Positions 50,088 to 60,783 of a stretch of 64,000 bases of DNA are shown here, one piece after another; position 1 is the stretch's first letter, and each line of letters starts with the position of its first letter. This DNA comes from Hormiphora californensis (lineage: Eukaryota > Animalia > Ctenophora). The stretch spans positions 1,984,001 through 2,048,000 of the forward strand of contig CM035355.1 of assembly GCA_020137815.1 (NCBI GenBank). The letters run 5' to 3'. The translations under genes were made by a program, and so were the position numbers. The notes beneath the pieces are model-generated. The model was not told the origin of the DNA, searched no databases, and worked only from the letters and a program-made list of their open reading frames with translations.

Positions 50088-53000
50088 ATGAACAGCACAA
50101 CATCTCTCTCGGCCTCTCTGATGAGGAACAACACGGAGTGGACAAGTGGTGTTCTAGATGTGGCATCCCTTCCCTACGTGTTGGGTGTCATATTCATAGT
50201 CATTGGGGTATGTTGAGCACTATTAATTTTATTACACAGCACAGCTGCCTTATTGTGATAAGACCACCCTTCGTCTAACCCCTGCCGCAATTTATTATTT
50301 AGAAATCAGTGGTCATTTGTCATTTCCATAATCGATGTCTAAGTAAGATATCGAGCACCCACAAATATATCACGTGTACTGACTACTGAGCTAACACAAC
50401 AATATCTGGATCACAATACTATAGCACCTCACATCTCCATCTGTTCAGAATCTAATTAACCTCATGCTGCCCATGACAGGTGTCCGGATTCGCATTTTCC
50501 TTCGTCGTGATCACTGGATATATCCGGGTTGGAATTGATAAACAGAGCCATGTGGTAATATACATGGTGATAGCAGGTTGCTGCTTTTTAACGAGTATCA
50601 ACGCTCTCACCGTCAGTGCAGGTACACCAATAAACAATGTAGGATTTTATTATGCCTATAAGTTGTACCTGAAAACTTATAACACGAGACCGAAGGTCGA
50701 GTGTTATAAGTGCAACAATAATGATCCGAGACCACAGGTCGAGGCAGATTCTTGTACTTTAGTGCACGAGCCTGCGAGTGCCACTAAGTGTAACTACCTC
50801 ACGAGCCTGCGAGTGATGTAGTTTTACTTTTTAACCGAGCCTGCGAGGTCTAAAAGTGTACGAATCTGGGACATTATTGCTGACGTCAGGTACAACGAAA
50901 ACAGGCATAATAAAATTGCATTGTAAAATTTTTTAAACAAGAGTGAGAGACACTTTAGCAGGGGCTGTCTCTGAGACCGCAAAATTCATTGTGTGGTCCG
51001 CACAAAAGACTAGCAAATTTGGGTGGGTTGTACAAATAAGCACACTGAGCGCGCAAATGATGGAGTTTCGCCAATTTTTTTGTACTGTGGGATTCACAAG
51101 GCTTTCACCTACTGCTTTGTGAAAACCTGGTGGAAAACGGTTGATCACAAGATTTGCAGTGATCTAAACCGCTGGGAACTTCATTTCATAGTGTATTTCA
51201 TATTTGGTGGAGTACGGCTCTTTATCCGCCTATCACTAAAAATTGAGATAGAAACTCGAAAAAAATCGTCTCATGAGTCATCCAAAATCGTCCATTCTAC
51301 CGATTCCCGGGTCGTTTGGGGTTCCAGGCCCAACCGTCTGGGAGCCTATTGCCACATAAGTAAAAAAAAGCCGGTTGATTTTTCGACCGGGTCATTTTGC
51401 GGTCTCACCAAGTATCACGTGATCTGATCACATGATCTGAGGTGTTGAAAATTGGACTTTTACAAGTAAACATATGAATCTCTCTCCCTCCCACTATTCT
51501 ACACTATAATCTCACTTGTGTGTGCACAGTTACACACAAAAGGGGGGGGGACTTTCCACCCTTCTGCTTCACAGGACTGTTGACCAAGGGCAGTGCTGAT
51601 CAAACTGTAAACATTTGCAACTAATTGATATCAAAGCAAAAATCACTCTACCCGACTAATTTCAATAGGCTGAATCACATGAGCAACTTTTTAAAGCTCT
51701 CAGAGGTCGATAAAGTGCTATAATTGGTTATAATAGGGTCTAATTGATCTAAATTACAACTTCTCCCCTGAAAACGCTATGAAGTCGTATGAGGGCACTA
51801 TACCCACTGACTTGGATACCCTGATTCACATGAGCATATTTTCTAAGCTCTCAGAGATCGATAAAGTGCTCTAATTGGGTCCAATTGACCAAAATAATTA
51901 CCACTTTTCATAAGTTCATAAGTTCATTTTAGTCAGGGCATATGATGCCAAAAAATGCTGAAAAAGGACATAATTGTTATCAAGCTAATTCTACTTCTAG
52001 TAGGCTCTAACACCAAAAAAATTGGCCGCGGTTTTATCAATGAAGAAGTTGGGTTTTTCGGCCACGCCTTTTTACCCATGTTTTTAGCCTTCTGGCGAAA
52101 ACCAAAACAGGGCTTAGGAAAGGAGTAGAGGTTAAGAAAGGAGTAGAGGTTAATTAGATAATTGGATAATTAGATGAGCAGGAGATGTGTATAACCGTTT
52201 TTTGGCTATACGGCTATAGCCACTCTGGAGTGGTTTAGAGACTTTTCACTGGTGCCATTTTGTTCAGAAGAAAAAGTTAATCTAAGAGTTGTGAAGAAAT
52301 TTATGGTCTATCTCTAACCGTTCTGTGGATATTTGCGGTCAAAGTATGCCAATGTACTCATTTTTTGGCATTTTAGGCTAATTTTCGAGTACATTGGCAT
52401 ACTTTGACCGCAAATATCCACAGAACGGTTAGAGATAGACCATAAATTTCTTCACAACTCTTAGATTAACTTTTTCTTCTGAACAAAATGGCACCAGTGA
52501 AAAGTCTTTAAACCACTCCAGAGTGGATATAGCCGTATAGCCAAAAAAACGGTTATGCCCATCTCCTGCTCATCTAATTATCCAATTATCTAATTAACCA
52601 GATGAGATAGAGACTTAATTTCCGCACCTACCCCCACTAATGCGAAGATGCTACACATTTTAGTGCCCTCAGATTTGTCTCTACTCCTTTCCTAAGCCCC
52701 GTTTTGGTTTTCGCTAGAAGGCTAAAAACATAGGTAAAAGGGCGTGGCCCAAAAACCCAACTTCTTCATTGAAAAAACCGCGGCCAATTTTTTTGGTGTT
52801 TCTAGGGACCTATTAGAGCCTACTAGAAGTGGAATTAGCTTGATAACAATTATGCCCTCATTTTGTCATCATATGCCCTGACTATTTGGAGACACTGAGC
52901 ACACTGATTTGAGAGAGATGGCACCCTACAGGAGTCAAATGTTAATTATTCTGGTCAATTAGACCCAATTACGCTCAATTAGAGCACTTTTTCCACAAAT

Positions 53001-54275
53001 AAGAGCTTTTAAAAGATACTCATGCCCTGTTCATGTGAATCAGGGTATCAAAATCAGTGGGTAAGTGTCTCCAAATGAACTTTAGAGATTACAGGGAAAA
53101 GTGGTAATTATTTTGGTCAATTGGACCCAATTAGAGCACTTTCTCGATCTCTGAGAGCTTAGAAAAGATGCTCATGTGAATCAGGGTATCCAAGTCAGTG
53201 GGTATAGTGCCCTCATACGACTTCATAGCGTTTTCAGGGGAGAAGTTGTAATTTAGATCAATTAGACCCTATTATAACCAATTAGAGCACTTTATCGACC
53301 TCTGAGATCTTTAAAAAGTTGCTCATGTGATTCAGCCTATTGAAATTAGTCGGGTAGAGTGATTTTTGCTTTGATATCAATTAGTTGCAAATGTTTACAG
53401 TTTGATCAGCACTGCCCTTGGTCCACAGTCCTGTGAAGCAGAAGGGTGGAAGGTCCCCCCCCCTTTTGTGTGTAACTGTGCACACACAAGTGAGATTGTA
53501 ATGTAAAATAGTGGGAGGGAGAGAGATTCATATGTTTACTTGTAAAAGTCGTTTTGCAGTCTCAAATAATCACATAAAATCCAATTTTCAACACCTCAGA
53601 TCATGTGATCAGATCACGTGATACTTGGTGAGACCGCAAAATGACCCGGTCGAAAAATCAACCGGCTTTTTTACTTATGTGGCTATAGGCTCCCAGACGG
53701 TTGGGCCTGGAACCCCAAACGACCCGGGAATCGGTAGAATGGACGATTTTGGATGACTCATGAGACGATTTTTTTCGAGTTTCTATCTCAATTTTTAGTG
53801 ATAGGCGGATAAAGAGCCGTACTCCACCAAATATGAAATACACTATGAAATGAAGTTCCCAGCGGTTTAGATCACTGCAAAGCTTGTGATCAACCGTTTT
53901 CCACCGGGTTTTCACAAAGCAGTAGGTGAAAGCCTTGTGAATCCCACAGTACAAAAAAATTGGCGAAACTCCATCATTTGCGCGCTCAGTGTGCTTATTT
54001 GTACAACCCACCCAAATTTGCTAGTCTTTTGTGCGGACCACACAATGAATTTTGCGGTCTCAGAGACAGCCCCTGTTTAGGGCGTAACAATAGAACAAAT
54101 TCATGATAAGGTAGCAGGCAGAGAAATCAGTATAAGATAAGATAACGCCTGAGATAGGTAAAGAGAGTGAGACATTAGTGAGAGTGAGAGAGATAAAGAA
54201 TGTGTGGGTCCGGGAGTTCGTACTTCGTAACCGTTATCTTGATCTCGGTGCTGCAACGGCGTGAGAGTGTGACAT

Positions 54276-54367
<92 letters not shown>

Positions 54368-57300
54368 GTTATAAGTGAAAACTTATAACACTGGGGGGTG
54401 TTATAAGTGAAAACTTATAACACTGGGGGGTGTTATAAGTTGTACAAGCAGTGCTACCTAAAGAATTATATTATATCTCAAAATTTTACAATGTATATTT
54501 AAAAATCTTTAGAAATCACACGAACGCTGTTGATGGTCAAGGCTTTCATAGTTCTGCATCTTTACAGTCCAAATCAAACCGTCCTACACTACACAGCCAG
54601 CACTAAAACCATATCAAATCAAATTATCATTTTCCCATCATATTCCCAGGCATGTTCACCTCGTCATTACTCTACAATGAATCCGACTTCAATCCTGAGT
54701 CTATTGGCACTTCTGAGAAGGTCCTGTGTACCATTCAGACAATCACCAGTGACTTCCCTCGGTCACTCATGGTGTACAGTTATGTGATAGGGATGTGCGG
54801 AAGAATAATAGCGACGTACGCCCCTCTAAAGTACTTCAAGTATTTCAAGTGAGTACATGAAAAGTTCAATTGTCAGCAGTGTTTTTAACTCAATGTTTTT
54901 GTAAAAATAATTTTTGTCAGGGCTAAGGTTGTCGTAGAGCTACTTTGTCTTTGTGCCTTTTTCGCACTTGTTGGCACTGTCACTGAGTTATTTGTGGTCG
55001 AAAAAGCTTACGCCGGAAACGTGGGAATGTGTGCTGGGACTTCGGTAAAAAATACAAGCATCATTTACCGATCAATTTTAAAATGCATTATATCTTTATT
55101 CTAAACGTCATGGTTTCATAACTCAATTTACTTAAAATCACAGAGGCTCATCCACTCCTCTCACCCATGTAGGCAGAATCATATCCCACTGTTCACTTGA
55201 TATGCGTGGCAATGGTCATGATCCTTGCACTTGTGTTCCAAGTCACCGCATACGGGATCATCATCAAGAAATACGTCAGGAACAAGGTCTCAGTCGGTAA
55301 GTTGGTCTTATAACAAGATGTCATTTTAGATAACATAACATTTTAGATGACATAACATTAAGAAGTTTACGACAGGGATATATCAGTAGAGACTATAACA
55401 CTAGCTGTTTCAATTTTCTGCAGACACGTCGAAACCAATCCCTCTTTTTACAGCGGCAGATCTCAGTGATGACGCCAGCAAAGGAATTCTAATCGCCGCG
55501 ACATCCTACGGTATCTTTAGCCTCATTTTCCCTCAGGAGCTAGTCATCATGTTTTATCTCATTGCAAACATCACAATCGGGGCTTACATGATGAAGGTAG
55601 GAGGACAATGGAAAATTAGTTGTCACCCGTTATATTGGACAATGGGTGCTGATCTAGCATATCACTTCCTGTTAAATTCCTATATCAGAAAATCCTAAAT
55701 GTATTCATCGCATGAGGATACACGCCTGTTTCCATGCTTCAAGCAGAATTGAGCATACCTTCTCAACCCCCCCCCCTTTATCAGGAACGTAACATGACTT
55801 CACAACACACCCCCCCCCCTTTATCAGGAACGTAACATGACTTCACATATCCCCCCTCAGTCACCCCCTTTCCTTTATCAGGAACGTAACATGACTTCAC
55901 ACCCCCCCCCCTTTATCAGGAACGTAACATGACTTCACACCCCCCCCCCCTTTATCAGGAACGTAACATGACTTCACATATAATCCCCCTCAGTCACCCC
56001 CCCCCCCTATCAGGAACGTAACATGACTTCACATATCCCCCCTCAGTCACCCCCTCCCCTTTATCAGGAACGTAACATGACTTCACAACACCCCCCTTTA
56101 TCAGGAACGTAACATGACATCCTCGGAGAGCAATCACAACAAGGAAACCTTCTTTTTCCTCCGCCTCTCTTCCATCTACATAGTGGTCATGTGTCTCACA
56201 GTGGCTTACTACGCATGTTATATTTACTACAGGGTGACTTATAGCAAGAGCGAGGTTGAAATAATGCACACGTATTACAACGCTATCATCCTGTTTTACG
56301 TCAAGGTACAATATAAAACTTCAGTTAAAATTGATTGTCTCAGTTTGTCCTTAAACTTATATCTGTTTTAAAGAAACAACAGCCAGAATTATCGTACGAC
56401 GTACGTTACACACAACTATTTCCTGGCAGGAACTAGCGAACATACTGCTAGGTCTGATAAACATGTTCCAAATGTGGAAACACACTAAGGATCTGAGGAA
56501 CAGACTGGACGAGAGTTTCTTCGATGGACTCAAACGGAAGGGTGCATTCGAAATGAATATCATGAAGGGTAGGTGTATCAATAATTAGTAACTTATATTC
56601 ACACAGTGCATTCTTTATAATTTAACTTTTGAGGTCTAATAATCATCCAAAACCAGTACAATAAAACGTTACTACTTCAACAGACTCAAATGTATCGGCG
56701 TGGATGAAGATGAACAACGTCAAGAAACCTTCAATATTCAAAGTGAAGAGGAAGTTTGTGAGAACTAGCGATGGTAGAATTAAACTGACGAGGAAGCGTC
56801 GCTACAGGGAGAGAGATGAGGAAAAAGAAAAGGAGAGATTGGCTGTAAGTCTTTGAAAGTTGTAAGGTCTAATTTTAATTTAGGTTAAAGTCTGTTGAAC
56901 AGACTCAGTGAACTTTTTCATTTTACGATTGATTTTGTTTTCAGGCCATCACACCAGTTGACCCACCAAAAACAGGGACTCTTGGAAAACGGTTGTCCCT
57001 CAAGAGACTAGGTTCAACCAAGAATGTAACGAACAAACAACCACCATCCGACTTATCTACAATAAAAGAAGTAAAAGAGCCAAAGCCCATAAAGGCGCAT
57101 GACTCAGTTAAAAAGGATGGTTCAATTAAGAAGGATGGTTCATTGAAGCGAGCTGGAGAAAAACTGAAAGATTGGGATACTTCCTCGTTGTCGAGCTTCA
57201 AGCGGCTAAGCCTTAAGAGGAAAGAGGGCAGCGTAAAAAAGAAAGAAGGAAGCATTATGAAGAAGGACTCCAAATTGGATATAAAGGTGAAAGATGGAAG

Positions 57301-57436
57301 TGTGACAAGGAAAGATCCCATGATTGATTTCGGGGAACCTTCTGGATCTAACAAATCTTCATCTACACGAAGGAGTGGTTCAAAGAAAGGTCGATCAAAA
57401 CCCGATGATGACATTGTACCAGATCCATGGGTTTAA
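50088..57436 (+). CDS. Divergent rhodopsin-class (class A-like) GPCR with a long Lys/Ser-rich C-tail (about 624 aa)
   Basis: Exons 50088-50207, 50480-50621, 54650-54848, 54921-55044, 55173-55296, 55424-55596, 56105-56305, 56430-56568, 56684-56844, 56945-57436 total 1875 nt in frame. N-glycosylation sequons at the N-terminus (NST, NNT), Cys at the top of TM3, GRIIATYAPLKY as a DRY.AI..PL.Y analogue, Cys in ECL2. Confidence 0.75.
50959..54075. mobile_element. 3.1-kb foldback non-autonomous DNA transposon with a 5-bp TSD (hAT5-like termini), in GPCR intron 2
   Basis: tttag|CAGGGGCTGTCTCTGAGACC...GGTCTCAGAGACAGCCCCTG|tttag. Arms 50959-52359 and 52387-54075 are reverse complements with indels and internal subrepeats. 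Confidence 0.88.
54282..54362. repeat. (GA)n microsatellite
   Basis: Direct observation. Confidence 0.95.
55767..56117 (+). repeat. Eight tandem copies of a splice-acceptor junction (polyC-tttatcag|gaacgtaacatgac)
   Basis: AG ends at 55784, 55827, 55881, 55919, 55958, 56013, 56067, 56104. Only the last continues into the GPCR exon. Confidence 0.9.
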
Positions 57437-58556
57437 CAGTGAATAGTGCCTTTATTGTTTTTATTGATTCAAATACCAGGGTTTACATTTAATACTAGGG
57501 GTTTGGAATTTAAATTTAGCGAATTAATTATTACAGTTCGACACACCTTTCTAATTCAGTATTTCAATTATGAACATTTCATTTGTGCCATGGCTGAAAG
57601 AACGTCGACGTACGATGAATTACAATTTAGAGAGAATTAGAAATTCTGACGCAAATAAACAGAGACAAATCACAGTCCATAGATGACAGAGAGATATATG
57701 TGATAATATAAAGACGAGAGATGTACAATTATCTAATTGTCCCTCACCCATCTGTCAAATGTTCACATTTAAACTGCACTTTTCATTTGTCTCCTTCTGA
57801 TAACTTGCTAATATGTGAACAGATGTAATTTATACTAATTGTTATGTTCGAGTTACATTATTATTAAATTACCTGTATAATTTAGCCCTATTAATGTCCA
57901 TATTAATTTCTTCCTTGTTTGAGCATGTAGGATTTATAGCCAGTCGTCCGTGAAGTATACTGAGCAGCTAAAAGATCGGAAACCGAGATCGTTGTTTTTA
58001 CTATCAGGATAGCAAAAGAGAGATGACTCCTAACATCTCCTTTTAATTCTAATACGTTCACGGTGTGTTTCATAGTATAACACACTATTACAACATGATT
58101 CAATTTCACACACGTCACAATGTAAATGTCTAACAGTCTAACACACATGTCACATGTACACTGTCGTTATAATCTGTCTGCTGGTCTTTTGCCAATATTA
58201 CCATGTTTATTCACACCGCTATGTTCGGTCTACCACCATTGTCAATATTTGTATTTGTAACAATCGAAATCATCTGAGCTGTTTGATCAGTGTTTGTTTC
58301 ATTCTTCATGTATCTTCCCTGTCAATCATGTGATATATACATCTACCATTATATAAACACCTAATAGAGACATATATGCTCAAAATTGAACACTGTTTTT
58401 TTGTACTGCTTGATTGGCCTAATAAACATATCTTACCTTGCTCCACCCTATCTCACCGCGGCCCAAAACAAATCATTCTCACAGGTGAGTGGTATTATGG
58501 AATGTATACATAATGGAATGTATAATGTATAGTATACATTGTATAGGAAAGGCTCT

Positions 58557-58668
58557 TGTCCACTAAATCGGGGTGTCTACTAAATCGGGGTCAAATAATG
58601 TTAATTTCCCATATCGGGGGAAAAAATCCTGTCCCTAAATCGGGGGCCCCTAAATCGGGGTCCGACTG
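58557..58668. mobile_element. Truncated Tc1/pogo-type MITE end
   Basis: Repeated ctaaatcgggg motifs ending gtccgactg|ta. Confidence 0.6.
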
Positions 58669-58795
58669 TAATTCTTTTATTCGTTATCTCACGTCCTTCC
58701 ACGACTTATACTGCAAACTGGTGGATCTAAATATAGTCATTATACATCTATACAGGACAATTACCTCCTAATATAGAGAGGGAGGGAGAGAGAGG

Positions 58796-58867
<72 letters not shown>

Positions 58868-59106
58868 TTTATATAAAGATGCAAAGGGATGGACGGATAG
58901 AGAGTCTTCTGTAAAGAGCAGTTTGTAGCAGTTTGCTTCTGCAGCAGATCAGTTGTATAACTTTGAGTTTTGCTGACTCATACACTGAATTTATAATAAT
59001 ACAAAACCGATGCTTTAGCGATTGCCATTGCATTAACATGATTAGTATCAGTTTGACTATCTTTGTTGCACTTTTATCTTTATAGACCTCAAATAATCAT
59101 TAGTGT

Positions 59107-59187
59107 ATGTGTATTGTGAGCGATATAGCGGATCGACTGGTTCGAAGAATTCTTGCACCTGGATTGTATCCTTTTGAGCCCAGCTGA
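59107..59187 (+). promoter_or_regulatory. uORF ending Pro-Ser-stop in the AMD1 5' leader (MCIVSDIADRLVRRILAPGLYPFEPS*)
   Basis: ATG 59107, TGA 59185-59187, inside a putative leader exon 59086-59199 (tttatag| ... aag|gtaatc). Confidence 0.7.
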
Positions 59188-59394
59188 TACACGCTAAAGG
59201 TAATCACAGCGCTGGCAAGGACAGCCTCATTGAATTAAATCTGTTTATTGCAAGCCAAGTTTTCTATTAACCTTTGGAGACCAAGCGAACCTTAAAATAT
59301 CCCAAACTTCAGATTTAGCAGTCAGATAGAACGCCCAGCTAAAGGTATAATTAGCAACTGATGCAGAAAGGAGGGCCATCTTTTGTATGGGATC

Positions 59395-60783
59395 ATGTCG
59401 GAGTTTTATGAAGGACGCGAAAAGGTAAAATTATATATCCTGATAAAACCCGGGTCCAGATCTTAATTCATATGCACTGCAAAGTGCAGACTGCTGCAGA
59501 GTGCAGTATCCACTAACAACTAATACCTAACGAACATTTTTGAATGGCACCCCAATACCTAGGTGGTTAGAGCTGGGTATGCACGGGGAAGTGGACTACT
59601 CGATGTGGGACGAGATACGTGGGTAAAGCTACTAAGGGGAGCAGGCTGTGAGATATTAAGGTAAAGTTTTTAATCAATTGTTTTATTCAAACAGCTGGAC
59701 AAATGTTGAGCTTGGTAATAAACCTATGTGTAAAACTAGAGTCGAAAGTATCAGCACCAGAAGGAGATATCAAAGTTACTTCCTAGAGTCGAAAGATTAT
59801 GTACTTTCTGAACGATTCGAGTGTAACCAGTACACATTTTCAAAACCAAAACTTAAGATATTTTAACTGCAGTGAGATAAGACAGGGGAAAGTTAAAGCA
59901 TTTCTATTAAGTGAGAGTTCCTTGTTTGTTTGGGATGATCAACTGCTACTAAAAACATGTGGCACCACGACGCCCCTGTCTCTTCTTCACTCACTAGACA
60001 AGGCTGGACTACAGAGTGTGGTTTATCAGCACGGTGCATTTCTTAGGCCTAACGAACAACAAGACGGATACAGGTATTGTAGCTGAATCTTTCGTTCTCC
60101 GACCAACACTCTCTGTGTTGTGGTCCTGAATGTATCTTTCTGCCTTTGTCTCCCATTATTACCGCTAATCCCGCCCACAATAATGAATACGAAATACCTT
60201 CAGAACCTTCACCGAGATAGAAAAAGAAGTAAAGGATCTTGTGAGACTGTTCAATGGCCCTATCACCATGATACACCCCACCTTATTCGCAGATGGAAGT
60301 TTGGAATTCAACGCCTCTCTAAACCACAAAACAGCTCAATTTATCGATCTAAAACTAAGTAATTTATTCCCGGATAGCCTATACAACACAGCACCATCTC
60401 AAGATCATATCTCCTCCCTATTTCGGAGTATCTTTAACCGATCTGGCCAGTGGACTGTCGATCTCTATCATTTTGAACCGTGTGGGTTCTCCCTAAACGC
60501 TGTGGACAACACAGGAGAGAAATATGCCACTGTTCATGTAACTCCGGAACACAAGTTCTCTTATGCTTCATTCGAAACCAATGACATCGATCTGTTGATG
60601 TGGGAAGTCGAGTTTATTGTTCGAATTTTTGAGCCGAGAAATATGGATGTATCTATAAATTGGCCCGACAAATCAGCTAAGAAAAAGTTTTTGAGGAACA
60701 TAAGGAAAGTCATGGACTTGGTGATGCCTGGACAACGGAGCGGAGGGAAAACGAATCTTTACCAGTTTATCAAAAAAATGTAG
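59395..60783 (+). CDS. AMD1: S-adenosylmethionine decarboxylase proenzyme
   Basis: Exons 59395-59424, 59563-59660, 59873-60073, 60204-60783. Motifs FYEGREK, AFLLSESSLFV (autocleavage E|S), LKTCGTTTPL, FEPCGFSLN, TVHVTPEHKFSYASFETN. Confidence 0.95.

Larger units (their letters stand above)
50674..54440. mobile_element. Outer non-autonomous element with hairpin ends (possibly Crypton-like), interrupted by the foldback element
   Basis: Left end acttataacacgagaccgaaggtcgagtgttataagt; internal cacgagcctgcgagtg hairpins; right end acttataacactggggggtgttataagt repeated. Classification tentative. Confidence 0.35.

Noticed and set aside
50933-54080. Twin ORFs MGCTNKHTERAN... and MINRFPPGF...
   Set aside because: Mirror translations of the foldback arms; no transposase motif.
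55767-56117. Repeat-spacer appearance suggesting CRISPR (also 1617-1806, 27104-27209, 30387-30536)
   Set aside because: Eukaryotic intronic context, spacers are homopolymers or repeated rather than unique, and there are no cas genes.
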